Virus record (IMG/VR): IMGVR_UViG_3300048831_000054
Location: 1 to 62,151 of that record
Source: a virus
Lineage: Duplodnaviria; Caudoviricetes
Length of the DNA: 62,151 nucleotides
Direction: 5' to 3' (one strand)
This document shows positions 36,621-45,857 of the stretch, one piece after another. The notes below the pieces were generated by a model. It did no database searches, had not been told where the DNA came from, and worked only from the letters and a program-made list of their open reading frames with translations. How positions within the stretch are numbered: the first letter of the stretch is position 1; each line of letters opens with the position of its first letter. A program made the position numbers and the translations under genes.

Positions 36621-37064
36621 CAGCACGAAGCAGTTCAGCTCTGCCGTCTCGGTCTTGAACCAGTCGGTCGACTGCCTGAACCCCGCCGCCTCGTAGGCCG
36701 GCAGCGCCTGCTGCCGAGGGATCGACCAGACGTAGCGCTTCTTCTCGAGCCGTGCCTGCTCAATCGTCGCCCCAAGCAGCAGCCTTGAGAGACCGAGGCC
36801 GCGGTAGAGCGGGTGCACGTAGAGGCCGCGCGAGCGGTACATCTTCCACGTTGCGTGACCTGAGTTGACGGCGACGAGGTTGCCGCCCTCAAACACCCCG
36901 AAGAAAGAAGGTATCTGCTTGATCAGTTCCCAGTAGTCGTAGATGTATGGGTGGAACCCATACATGATCGTTGACACTGGCTCGATCTTTGAGGAGCGTC
37001 CTGGCCACAGCTCAGTTTCCCAAACGGTAGAGATCTCTTCCCAGGTAACTCGCTCAACCTTCAC
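36609..37064 (-). CDS. GNAT acetyltransferase
   Basis: RSRGLYVHPLYRGLGLS..LL, YEAAGF; likely GTG start 37064. Confidence 0.82.
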   Translation of the reverse strand: MKVERVTWEEISTVWETELWPGRSSKIEPVSTIMYGFHPYIYDYWELIKQIPSFFGVFEGGNLVAVNSGHATWKMYRSRGLYVHPLYRGLGLSRLLLGATIEQARLEKKRYVWSIPRQQALPAYEAAGFRQSTDWFKTETAELNCFVLLPL

Positions 37065-37065
37065 T

Positions 37066-37356
37066 TTATTCCGTGAGGTACCGCTGCAGGGCATTTAGCT
37101 TGAACTCAAGCACGTGCTTTTCTGTCCGTAACGCTGCTAAGGTCTCAACACAGGTATCGTTGCCCAGCGAGCGAACGTTCATGTTCCAGCTGCCGCGTAG
37201 GTCCTTGATTGCCTCGTTGACCAACGTAAGCTCTTCAGCCAGCCGTTGGGCATTTTCTTGTGAAAGTGGTCTCACTGTTGTCTCCTTAGAGGACGGCGCT
37301 CGCCTTGAAGGTCTTAGCGATCGCGCCAACTGCCTCAGGCGTTCCATAAAGTTCAT
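37066..37356 (-). CDS. Hypothetical protein
   Basis: 96-aa ORF bridging denV-like and GNAT genes. Confidence 0.5.
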   Translation of the reverse strand: MNFMERLRQLARSLRPSRRAPSSKETTVRPLSQENAQRLAEELTLVNEAIKDLRGSWNMNVRSLGNDTCVETLAALRTEKHVLEFKLNALQRYLTE

Positions 37357-38038
37357 TCAAGTTTCTCACTAATGTCGTGACGCTGTCTGCGGCGGGGCTC
37401 TTCTTCTTGCTGAGGAACTTGCTGGCGTCAGCCGCCCTCGCCGCTGGATCTCCAAGCACCCACACCCTGCGCACTCTGTCAAGGAACCAAGGCGGCACGT
37501 CGCCGTGCTTCCACTTGGCGAAGCGCCACTTGCTGCCCGCGTAGTAGTTGCGGTAGGACTCCACCACGTCCGCAGTCTTGTAGCAGTCAGGCATCGCAGG
37601 CGGCGGCAGCGTAAAGCCACCCGACTTCAGGTTCTTGGGCGGGAACTTGAGGAACGGCAGCACCGTCTCGGCAGACTTGTACGTGCGGCCGTAGCGACGC
37701 TTGTACTCGTCCAGCAGCTCAAGCAGGAACTGCACGTGAAATTCGTAGTTCTCGCGCGACGCCATCGTCCACCTCGTGGTGGGGTGGTTGACGTGCGACT
37801 GCGCGTAGCACTTCTGGTCCTTGATGCCAAAGCGCTCGCCGTCGAAGTGAAACGTCTCACCGGTCAGCACGTAGAACTTTTTCTTTCTGGGAGTGAGCGC
37901 GGTGACCATGTCGCCGTCAAGCAGCCTGTGCGCGGTTGACAGCATCTGGCAGGACTCAAGCGGCATCTTGACGATGTGCTTGTCAACGTGCCAGCGCGCG
38001 GCCAGGATGGGGTCGTGATCGAGGTAGAAGAGGTTCAT
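37286..38038 (-). CDS. Pyrimidine-dimer DNA glycosylase (DenV-like family)
   Basis: MNLFYLD, DKHIVKMPLESCQMLST, H.NHP..RW, EYKRRYGR, AMPD, YRNYY. Confidence 0.78.
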   Translation of the reverse strand: MNLFYLDHDPILAARWHVDKHIVKMPLESCQMLSTAHRLLDGDMVTALTPRKKKFYVLTGETFHFDGERFGIKDQKCYAQSHVNHPTTRWTMASRENYEFHVQFLLELLDEYKRRYGRTYKSAETVLPFLKFPPKNLKSGGFTLPPPAMPDCYKTADVVESYRNYYAGSKWRFAKWKHGDVPPWFLDRVRRVWVLGDPAARAADASKFLSKKKSPAADSVTTLVRNLNELYGTPEAVGAIAKTFKASAVL

Positions 38039-38044
38039 GCAGGT

Positions 38045-38075
38045 ATTATATCACACTGCTGAACCAGGGTGAAAC
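38045..38075 (-). promoter_or_regulatory. Sigma70-type promoter
   Basis: GTTTCAC...GTGTGA-TATAAT. Confidence 0.65.
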
Positions 38076-39283
38076 TACAGGCCGACGGTCCCGATCAGGT
38101 CAACGTGCTGCAGAACGTCGTCAAGCGTGTACTGGATCCTGACGAGTGACTGCGCATTGTACAGGTTGAGCCCTGCAGTGTTCACCCTGTGCAGGCCCCG
38201 CCTGCCTGCCTCAAACGCCGCGTTCAGCTTCTCGACCATGCGGTCAGAGCTGGTAGGGTCGGCCTTGAAGGCGTCGTCGATCCACGCGATGTCGTCAGAC
38301 ACCACGACTGGGACACCGACGGAGACGGCGTCGGCGGTCACGATGTTGAAGGTCTCGCTGAAGCTGACCTGCATGGTGAGGTCCATTGTGGCAACGAACG
38401 GCACGAACACCGCGTGCGGCATCCACGTGTGCTCCACCAGCTCAATCCCGGTCTGGCCACCGAAGACGCTGGCCAGCGCGTTGTAGACTGCGTTGCTGCC
38501 GCTGTTCTCAAGCCGAGAGACGTTCATGTGAAAGCGCAGCTGGCGCCCTACCTGCCTCGCGAAACGGATGGCGGCGATCGCCTGGATCAGCTGGTTCTTG
38601 AGGGGACGGATCGCGCCGAAGCAGCCGATGTCAATCGTCAGGGACTGGTCGTCGTGGACCCAGTTGTCAGGGTACTCGGCGTAGTAGTAGTTGGTAAACT
38701 CGACGACCTTCTGCGCCGCCTCCTCAGGCGTGAGGCCGGCGCGCTGGATGACCACCTCGCGCAGGTCGCGCAGGGAGGCCAGCGAGTTGGTGGCAACGTA
38801 CACGTTCCTGATCTTGACCAGCTCTGGGATCCAGGCCAGTGGGAAGCCCTCAAGCGCCAGGAACGGGATGTTGCTGTGGTTGCGCACCACCCACTTCACC
38901 GTCGGGTGCAGCTGACGCAGCACTCGCAGCTTCGCAGGCGTGACCCAGAAGGCCTCAATGATCACGATGTCTGGGCGAAAGCGGAACACCTCTCGGTCAA
39001 TGGAGTTGGCGTCGATGACCTGGATGACCTCAGACAGCACCTCCTCGTTGTTGATCCCGCTCTCACCTAGGATGAGGCTGACCATCCTGGCAGAGTTCGC
39101 CAGGCCGGATGACAGGCCGGATGAGTAGCCGCCCTCGCTGTACACGCCCTCGCTGTAGCCACCCTCGCTGTACACCGGCGCGCACGAGTCGCTGTATGGG
39201 TTGCTGTACGTCCCGCTGTACGTGTCGTACGCGTCGGCGTACGGCGACTCACGGAACTTGATTAGGAACTGGATCTTGATCAC
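38075..39283 (-). CDS. GT-B (GT4-like) glycosyltransferase
   Basis: GCFGAIRPLKNQ, QVSFSETFNIVTADAV..GVPVVVS; TAAATA at 39308-39313. Confidence 0.8.
   Translation of the reverse strand: MIKIQFLIKFRESPYADAYDTYSGTYSNPYSDSCAPVYSEGGYSEGVYSEGGYSSGLSSGLANSARMVSLILGESGINNEEVLSEVIQVIDANSIDREVFRFRPDIVIIEAFWVTPAKLRVLRQLHPTVKWVVRNHSNIPFLALEGFPLAWIPELVKIRNVYVATNSLASLRDLREVVIQRAGLTPEEAAQKVVEFTNYYYAEYPDNWVHDDQSLTIDIGCFGAIRPLKNQLIQAIAAIRFARQVGRQLRFHMNVSRLENSGSNAVYNALASVFGGQTGIELVEHTWMPHAVFVPFVATMDLTMQVSFSETFNIVTADAVSVGVPVVVSDDIAWIDDAFKADPTSSDRMVEKLNAAFEAGRRGLHRVNTAGLNLYNAQSLVRIQYTLDDVLQHVDLIGTVGL
39125..39175. repeat. 15-bp coding tandem repeat (YSEGG/YSEGV)
   Basis: gccctcgctgtacac / gccctcgctgtagcc / accctcgctgtacac. 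Confidence 0.8.
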
Positions 39284-39310
39284 GAAACTACCCCCACGTT
39301 GGTGAGGTAT

Positions 39311-40000
39311 TTACACTGCCCTCTGGAAAACTCTCAAGCAGTGCGTGTGGCTGGGGCCTTCAGTGCCTGCAGGGACGCGCGGAAAGATATCAACTCCCGC
39401 GCTGTTGAAGAACTCGGTGCTCCGCTGCAGGGTGCTCTGGTTGCCGATGATGGTACTGATGCAGGGAATAGAGAAGTCATGGCGCCAGGTCGCGCCGACC
39501 AGGTCCTTGATGATGACGATGCCACCTACCTTCAGCTGGCTGTCCAGCCCGGCAAAGATTTCGCGCTGAAAGTTCCAGCCTCCGTTGAAGAACCGGTACG
39601 GGTTGACCGTGTCATCAGCTGGAAGCTGCTCACTCAGAGGCGCGTTGCAGATGATGACGTCAAATGGCAGCTCAGGCAGCGGGTCAACCGTGACCTGCCA
39701 CACGTCAGCTACGTAGCTGCGCACGCGCGCCTGCTTCTCCGGCGGCAGCAGGCGCTTGGTGTTCTCGATGGCGAAACCTACTGAAGTCGCATCGATATCC
39801 GTCATCACGAGCTCAGTGATAGCATCAAGGGCCAGCAGTGTGATACCAATCGCCCCGCAGCCGCAGCCGAGATCTAAAGCGCGCCGCTGTCCCGGCACGA
39901 GCAGGTCATCGATGATGGTCTGGCAGAGCGACACCATGTGCAGCCCACCGCAGCCGACCCAGCTGTTGGTGACAAAGTTGTTTTCCGTCAGAGTGGCCAT
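39311..40000 (-). CDS. SAM-dependent methyltransferase (MTS/PrmC-like)
   Basis: ALDLGCGCGAIG, TDID, FDVIICNAP. Confidence 0.82.
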   Translation of the reverse strand: MATLTENNFVTNSWVGCGGLHMVSLCQTIIDDLLVPGQRRALDLGCGCGAIGITLLALDAITELVMTDIDATSVGFAIENTKRLLPPEKQARVRSYVADVWQVTVDPLPELPFDVIICNAPLSEQLPADDTVNPYRFFNGGWNFQREIFAGLDSQLKVGGIVIIKDLVGATWRHDFSIPCISTIIGNQSTLQRSTEFFNSAGVDIFPRVPAGTEGPSHTHCLRVFQRAV

Positions 40001-40893
40001 TGCTGCCTCACTTGTGGTAAGAACGCGCCGAAGCTGACCCGCTGGTAGACACCGTCCTTGTCAAACGCGCTCCACTCGGGAGAGCCATCACCTAGCCCAA
40101 ACAGAATGCTGTGGCTCGGCATCAGCCTTAGCTCCTGACAGATGCGCAGCTGGGTGTCACGGTACTTCTCGTAGAGGTAGTCGCTTCCGAACTGGTGAAA
40201 GAGCGGCAACACCGCCGCCATGCCGGTGCGGGCAACGTAGCCCCTGATGTGTAGCAGCGCGACGCTTGGCGGCGGGTTCTTTGAGAAGATCATGCCGACG
40301 CGCATGAACGGAACGTTAAAGCACTTGCTCACGCTGAACGCGACGGTCTCAACGTCATAGCTCGCGAGGTCAACCTTGACGTTAGAGCAGAAGCCAAAGA
40401 AGGCGCAGTCAACGAGCACTGGTGCACCTGCGTCCTTTGCCTGCTGCAGCACCTGCTCGGTGAGGGGGTGCTGACAGCCGCTACCTGCAAATGGCACGCT
40501 GATGATGAGGGCGTCACCCTGGCCCAGCGACGGTTCGTCCTCGTACCACTTCCAGTTCATGCCGTTCTGCTCAAGCAGCAGCCTCGTTCCTGGGTATTCT
40601 GCCTTCAAGATCCTGAAGCGTCGCTCGCGGTGCTGCAGCAGGAACTGCTCAATTACGTGTGTCACGGCGAAGCTGCACATGCGCTGGTAACCTGTGAGGG
40701 TGCCTAGGAAGTTTCGCTTCGAGCTGAGGATCCAGTCGGCGTATGTGTCAGTGAATTCCTTGATCAGGTTCGCGTCACCAACCTTCAAGTGAATGTCTGT
40801 CAGCTGCTGTGAGTTAAGCTGCGCACGGATCTCTAGGTCACGAACTGGCTCAGCGGCGGCCTTGGCCCTACCAAGCGGTGTATCTCTAAACAT
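39988..40893 (-). CDS. PLP-dependent aminotransferase-like enzyme
   Basis: ISVPF, VLVDCAF, FSVSK (PLP lysine), RVG. Confidence 0.72.
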   Translation of the reverse strand: MFRDTPLGRAKAAAEPVRDLEIRAQLNSQQLTDIHLKVGDANLIKEFTDTYADWILSSKRNFLGTLTGYQRMCSFAVTHVIEQFLLQHRERRFRILKAEYPGTRLLLEQNGMNWKWYEDEPSLGQGDALIISVPFAGSGCQHPLTEQVLQQAKDAGAPVLVDCAFFGFCSNVKVDLASYDVETVAFSVSKCFNVPFMRVGMIFSKNPPPSVALLHIRGYVARTGMAAVLPLFHQFGSDYLYEKYRDTQLRICQELRLMPSHSILFGLGDGSPEWSAFDKDGVYQRVSFGAFLPQVRQQWPL

Positions 40894-41491
40894 TGTTGTA
40901 GACTCCTTCCAGTCGCTCGCGTCGGTATGGCATTAGGTCGGCGCCTGGGTCATACGTGTCAAACAGCAGGTGAATTCTTAGATTGACATTCAGCGCATTG
41001 ATGGCGGTGTGCAGCTTTCGAGGGTTCAGTGAGTAGAGGCGGCCCTCTTCAGGCATGCGCAGCACCACCTCGTCAACGATGAACATGCAGAGCTGTGGGT
41101 GCGTCTTAAGTGGAACGTGGTACCTGATGGGATCAACGTCTATGTGGTAGCTGTAGCAGCTCCTGGCGCGCAGGACCGCCCAGCGGATCCTGCCAACTGG
41201 AAATTCTGACAGCGCCCGGACCTCCTCAATGACCTGTTCGGTGTACGTTCCCTTGAGACGCGGGTGCAGGAACTTGAACTCATCTAGCGCGACGTCCTTC
41301 ACGCCGTTCTTGACATAGGCGAGGGACCCAACAAAGTCGTTCAACATTGCCACCTCATCTGTCGTCTCACCTCGGTGAGACAGCGTGCGAGACTGGTCCA
41401 TTGGGACCTGCAGCGCAGTGAAGATTGAAGTGACTTCCTGGGTGATGCGGGCGGCGTCGAACCTCTGCTCGAGCTCTGTGATGTCTGGCAC
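40886..41491 (-). CDS. 2OG-Fe(II) oxygenase, Asp/Asn beta-hydroxylase-like
   Basis: GRIR, CYSYHID (HxD), RYHVPL, HTAIN, RIHL; TAAATA at 41515-41520. Confidence 0.8.
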   Translation of the reverse strand: MPDITELEQRFDAARITQEVTSIFTALQVPMDQSRTLSHRGETTDEVAMLNDFVGSLAYVKNGVKDVALDEFKFLHPRLKGTYTEQVIEEVRALSEFPVGRIRWAVLRARSCYSYHIDVDPIRYHVPLKTHPQLCMFIVDEVVLRMPEEGRLYSLNPRKLHTAINALNVNLRIHLLFDTYDPGADLMPYRRERLEGVYNNV

Positions 41492-41526
41492 GGTGTGCTC
41501 CTCTGCTGGTGCCGTATTTACAGTGA

Positions 41527-41554
41527 CAAAAAGGGGAGCCGAAGCTCCCCTTTT
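41527..41554 (-). terminator. Rho-independent terminator with cUUCGg loop after major capsid gene
   Basis: aaggggagc-ttcg-gctcccc-ttttt. Confidence 0.88.
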
Positions 41555-41581
41555 GGATGGTGCGTTTGCTGCCGTCGTGGA

Positions 41582-42802
41582 TTAGACGAACGTCAGGTTG
41601 GCAACCGAGATGCGGCCGTAGTAGTCCGCCGAGTTGCCCAGCGACGTGGAGGTCGACGTGAACGTCGCCTTGCCGTAGCGGGTCATCAGCGAAACGTGTG
41701 GGTTGAACGTGTTAGGATCAACCACGACACCCGACGACATCAGTGGGATGTATGGGCAGTAGAAGTAGCCGGCGTCCATCTCACCCGAGCCACCCTTGAA
41801 GCCGAGGAGGACGTCCTCAGTGCCAGTCTGGTGGTAGATGTAGGTGTAGACCTTGATCGAGCCGTTCAGCGTGCCGACCAGCTTGGTGTTGTTCGGACCA
41901 TCGAACGAGCCGGCGACGGCTGGCGCGAAGACCGACTTGGAAGCGCTCTGCAGGACAGAGACCACCAGTGGGGAGACAACGATCCAGTTGGCTGGACCAC
42001 GACGCGTCTTGCGAGCGATCTCGTTCGCGACCTTGTTGACCAGGACGCCCAGGACTGCGTGGCGGTCGCCAACGTAGTTCGGAACACCCGTGAACGTGCC
42101 GTTCATGTCGAAAGCTTCGACAGTGCCGGCCAGCGTGGTCAGGTCAGCGATGATCTCGTTGTCGATTTCACCAACGATCGCTGCGGACAGCGAGGCGGTG
42201 ATTTCGGCTTCGAGATCGAGACCGTGCGATGCCTTGAGGTCCTGCATGGCTTCTGGCGTCCAGCGGGCCTGCAGCTTGCGCGAGCCAGCCGTGACCGTCT
42301 GCTTCAGGACTTCCAGCGTCATGTGCTTACCACCGAAACCTTCGTAGTCGGCAGTGTCAGCGGCCAGGCCGTCAGACGTGGCAGCCGTCAGGGCTGGCGG
42401 GTAGCCAGTCGTGCCGACGTCAGCTGACGAGTAGAAGCGACGCATCTTGCCAGCGACATTGCTGAACACCTCATCACCGGCGACGATGTCGGTGCCCGTT
42501 GGGGCATCGGCAGCCTCGGTGAACAGGAAGCGCAGCGAGTACACCAGGCCGACCGGGCCGGACATCGGCTGAACGCCGACGAGCTCGGTGGCGATGGTGC
42601 CCGGGATGATACGGCGGATCATCGGGATGACGATCTTCTGGAAGTTGCCGATGGCAGCGGCGTTGGTGCCGAGAGCCGAGGCAGTTTCCGCCAGGTAGGC
42701 CTTCTGGTTCTCCAGAACGGGAGCGACGATGGCCTTCTTGCGCTCTGACAGACCTTCCAGGAGGGTCTCCTTGGTTTCGGTCCAGTTTTCAAATAGTTCC
42801 AT
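41582..42802 (-). CDS. gp23: Major capsid protein
   Basis: LENQ, GVQPMSGPVGL, SRKLQARWT.EAMQDL..HGLD.E, FYCPYIPL, TRYG; true start MELFENW at 42802. Confidence 0.96.
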   Translation of the reverse strand: MELFENWTETKETLLEGLSERKKAIVAPVLENQKAYLAETASALGTNAAAIGNFQKIVIPMIRRIIPGTIATELVGVQPMSGPVGLVYSLRFLFTEAADAPTGTDIVAGDEVFSNVAGKMRRFYSSADVGTTGYPPALTAATSDGLAADTADYEGFGGKHMTLEVLKQTVTAGSRKLQARWTPEAMQDLKASHGLDLEAEITASLSAAIVGEIDNEIIADLTTLAGTVEAFDMNGTFTGVPNYVGDRHAVLGVLVNKVANEIARKTRRGPANWIVVSPLVVSVLQSASKSVFAPAVAGSFDGPNNTKLVGTLNGSIKVYTYIYHQTGTEDVLLGFKGGSGEMDAGYFYCPYIPLMSSGVVVDPNTFNPHVSLMTRYGKATFTSTSTSLGNSADYYGRISVANLTFV

Positions 42803-42830
42803 GTGGTTTCTCCTCTTCGAGAACTTGGTG

Positions 42831-43742
42831 TTATTGGAGGCCTGCAAGGCGGCGCAGTTGGGCTTTCGCGTCACTGGCTGGTGCCTGCTTGGCTTGAGCT
42901 GCAGCTTCAACTACCGCTGCTTCCTCGCCTGTTACGACAACGTTAGCCTGCTCGGTGAGAACAGGTGCTGCAGCGTCAGAGGCCTTGGCATCGGCAGGAG
43001 CGTCTTGCTTTTGCTCCTCTTTCAGCACACGACCAATGAAGTGGTTGTAGGCTTCTTCCAGGCGGGTCGTCTCGACGTTCGCCAGTACGAAAGCCATCTG
43101 CTCACGCTTCTTACCTGACAGCGGAGCAAGGATCTTTTCAAGCTTCGACTCGCGGACCAGCTTGGCCTGCGCTTCTTCCAGCTTGTTGATGTTCTGCTGC
43201 GCATCACGCAGCTTGTCGAGGGCAGCCGTCAGCTGGGCCTGCACTGAGTCCTCGTCCGCGAACTTCATATACTCGTTCACGAACGCCTCGAAGATGCGGC
43301 GGCCAAACTCGTTCTGCTTGACAACGTCCAGGTCCTCGCGAAGCTCCTCGAGTTCTTCCGACAGGCGGAGCTCGAAGAAGGCGTCCATCTTGTCAACGAG
43401 CTGGTCCAGCTCCTTGGCAAGCTCTTCAGCCATGCGGTGCTTCTCCTCGACCAGCTGGGCAGCTGCCTCAGCCTTGAGGTCGCGGTAGTCCTGGATGTCT
43501 CCGATCAGCTCGGCAACTTCCTCTTCAAGCTTGGAAGCCACGAACTTCTCAACGCTCTCGATCAAGGCCTCACGCTCGGTTGCCCACTGTTCTGCAAGCT
43601 CGCTGCGCACCTCGACGGAGACTTCCTCGCGAACGATCGTCTTGTACTGCTCGACGGCGGCCGTCCACTGAGATGAGATCTCTGCCTTGGCTTCCTCGCT
43701 GAGGAGCTCGGAGCTCAGCAGTTTTTGAAGGATTTCATCCAT
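42831..43742 (-). CDS. gp22: Prohead core scaffold protein
   Basis: Glu-rich coiled coil with NEFGRRIFEAF, directly upstream of gp23. Confidence 0.85.
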   Translation of the reverse strand: MDEILQKLLSSELLSEEAKAEISSQWTAAVEQYKTIVREEVSVEVRSELAEQWATEREALIESVEKFVASKLEEEVAELIGDIQDYRDLKAEAAAQLVEEKHRMAEELAKELDQLVDKMDAFFELRLSEELEELREDLDVVKQNEFGRRIFEAFVNEYMKFADEDSVQAQLTAALDKLRDAQQNINKLEEAQAKLVRESKLEKILAPLSGKKREQMAFVLANVETTRLEEAYNHFIGRVLKEEQKQDAPADAKASDAAAPVLTEQANVVVTGEEAAVVEAAAQAKQAPASDAKAQLRRLAGLQ

Positions 43743-43920
43743 GGGTTCTCCTTTATTCGTTAGGGGATTAGAGCGAGCTTTTCGCGCGGCTCTAACAACT
43801 CAAATTCGCGCTCTCAAACTAGAAACATGATGCAATTAAGCGTTTCTATTTATGAAAACGCGCCAAAAAGCGCCAAAAACCAAGCGTTTCTGGCGCCAAG
43901 AAAGCTGCTAAGAAGCGTTC

Positions 43921-44148
43921 TTACTCTGTCGTCGTGTCGTCGGTACCTGTCGGTTCGCCGTCGGTTAGGTCAGCGTCAGCAGCGGTCGTTACCTCCGGCT
44001 CCACGTCAGCCTCAGGTGCCAGACCGGCAAGGTCCCGCATCTTTGACGTCAGGTAGTTGTGAAGGTCCATCGTTGCCTCCTCGGGCTTGTCATTGATGAG
44101 CCCGTTCAGCATGCTTCTTAGAAGTTCTCGCTTGTCTTGGTCGGCCAT
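43921..44148 (-). CDS. Small acidic prohead core protein (gp67-like)
   Basis: Acidic 75 aa, upstream of scaffold; TATAAATA at 44198-44205. Confidence 0.6.
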   Translation of the reverse strand: MADQDKRELLRSMLNGLINDKPEEATMDLHNYLTSKMRDLAGLAPEADVEPEVTTAADADLTDGEPTGTDDTTTE

Positions 44149-44231
44149 TCTCTATCTCCTTATGTGGCGCGGGCTGTGAGACCGCGTTGTGGGGAAGTAT
44201 TTATAGGACCCTTCCCATTAGTCCTAAGCGT

Positions 44232-44429
44232 TCAACGATCTTGAACTGCTGCGGCCTTGATGTGACTGTTCAAAAACGTCTTCCAGTCCCTGAACGGCAT
44301 GGACTTCTGCGTTGCCCAGGCCCAGAGCAGATTCTCACGCTCAGCCTCCGTCTTCTGAAGAAAGTCAGCAACTGAAATTCCCTCGCAGAGGTTGTAGGCG
44401 GTCAGTTCCTTCAGGCGCGCGAGGTCCAT
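44232..44429 (-). CDS. Small putative head protein
   Basis: MDLARLKELT..LCE/G; located in the head operon. Confidence 0.6.
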   Translation of the reverse strand: MDLARLKELTAYNLCEGISVADFLQKTEAERENLLWAWATQKSMPFRDWKTFLNSHIKAAAVQDR

Positions 44430-44431
44430 TG

Positions 44432-44860
44432 TCAGTCTCCCTTGGCGATAAAGGCCTTGAGACGTTTCACGACGCCGGCGTAGCCAGCCTGTCCCTTCCA
44501 GTCGCTCTTCTCCAGCTTTTCCAGGACATCTTTAGCCAGGTCCTGCAGGTGGTCCTCAGAGGCCCATGGCTGGAGGCGCTCGCCGATGATCATCGCGACG
44601 TTCATGACGCCGTCCGTGTTGTACTGGTTGCCCTTGTCCTTGAGCGCCTTGCGGAGCTCCCTCACGATGACGCCTGTCATGTCGTAGGCGAGGTCTGCTG
44701 CAGAATCTGAACCGCCGACAGTCAGGCCAGAGAAGCCCTCAGTGACGCTCAGCCCATGGATCGGGCACTTCGAGTTGGCGCGCTTCTCGGTTGGGCAGGT
44801 GCAGCCCTTGAGCCGCTCGTCCTTCCACTTCCCGTCAAGCAGTTCCTTGAGGATGCTCAT
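44432..44860 (-). CDS. Putative internal head protein
   Basis: MSILKELL; CTC...CPIH Zn-like motif; VTE/G site. Confidence 0.65.
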   Translation of the reverse strand: MSILKELLDGKWKDERLKGCTCPTEKRANSKCPIHGLSVTEGFSGLTVGGSDSAADLAYDMTGVIVRELRKALKDKGNQYNTDGVMNVAMIIGERLQPWASEDHLQDLAKDVLEKLEKSDWKGQAGYAGVVKRLKAFIAKGD

Positions 44861-45159
44861 TGGGCCCTCTCGATGATGTGCTGGTACATGTTCTGGAAAG
44901 CAACGATCGCCTCTTCCAGCTTGACCTGCGCACGGCGGCTCAGCTCGACTGACGAAGTGTCAAAGTTCCTGTCGGTGGCCTTGAGGTGGGCTTTCCAGTC
45001 ATCCGAGATCACGATGTCACGGGCCTCTTCCAGCAGCTTCTGCAGCTTGTCAACATCCGCGTCAAATTCGCTGGACTCGTCGTAACCTTCAGTAACTGCC
45101 GCCTCAAGTGCAACATTGGGCTGAACACCAAGTGAAAGCAGGTCTTGAATGAGCGACAT
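44857..45159 (-). CDS. Putative internal head protein
   Basis: True start MSLIQDLL (45159); ALE/A and VTE/G sites. Confidence 0.65.
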   Translation of the reverse strand: MSLIQDLLSLGVQPNVALEAAVTEGYDESSEFDADVDKLQKLLEEARDIVISDDWKAHLKATDRNFDTSSVELSRRAQVKLEEAIVAFQNMYQHIIERAQ

Positions 45160-45160
45160 G

Positions 45161-45772
45161 TTACTTCCTCGTGATGGAATCGATGAATTTCTTGATCTCG
45201 GCGGCGAAGAACTTCTGCGCCTTCGAGTCGTGCAGCACGGCCTCAGCCAGCGTCTGCACCTTCGGTGCCTCAAGCGCCTCGCGCACGACATCTGGGTAGC
45301 AACCCGGGCCGGATGGCTGGGCGACGATGTCAACCGTCACGAACTGGAAGTCCTCGACCATGCCCTCGTTGGTGACGTTGCCGGTGCCGCGTGAGGAGAC
45401 ACCCAGCTTCATGCCACCCTCAATGAGCTGGCGAACGATCATGCCGCTCGGGGTGTTCAGGACCTTGCACTTGCCGACGGCGTTGTCACCGTCCATGTAC
45501 GCCTCGGTGATGATGTGCGAGACGTTCTTGAGGTCGATGGACAGGTTGTCGGGGTGGTTGAGCTCACCGGCGACGTACGTGCCTTCCTTGGCGCGCTCAT
45601 TGATGACACCCACCGCCTTCTCAATCTCTGAGCGAGGGTACACGCGCTGGTTGAGGTTCTTCTGCTCGGCGGCCATCATGCGGCCGGCCAGGTAGAGGTT
45701 CTTCGCAGCGTCGCGCGACTCGATCAGCTGGGCCTGCGCAGGCGTGAAGTGCTCGATGAGAACTTGCTTCAT
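45161..45772 (-). CDS. gp21: Prohead protease
   Basis: N.N.RVYP, GELNHP, VSHII, TPSG, GVSSRGTG, DIVAQPS. Confidence 0.95.
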   Translation of the reverse strand: MKQVLIEHFTPAQAQLIESRDAAKNLYLAGRMMAAEQKNLNQRVYPRSEIEKAVGVINERAKEGTYVAGELNHPDNLSIDLKNVSHIITEAYMDGDNAVGKCKVLNTPSGMIVRQLIEGGMKLGVSSRGTGNVTNEGMVEDFQFVTVDIVAQPSGPGCYPDVVREALEAPKVQTLAEAVLHDSKAQKFFAAEIKKFIDSITRK

Positions 45773-45857
45773 TGTGGCTCCTTTTGTCCGGGAAGCGTTC
45801 GCTTCCCTTGCCTAACTTGTAGGCCTATTTATCAGGAGGAGCCTGAAAACCTGCTAA

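Noticed and set aside
41582-42910. Extended ORF-track starts for gp23 (also gp15, gp46, HD, kinase and 44857 ORFs)
   Set aside because: The extensions overlap upstream genes; downstream ATGs have an RBS or ATGA-type coupling and match family N-termini.
43743-43920. Possible ncRNA or origin in the scaffold upstream region (imperfect hairpin, cgccaaaaa repeats)
   Set aside because: Explained adequately as a late promoter with 5' UTR; the repeats are too short and imperfect to support more.
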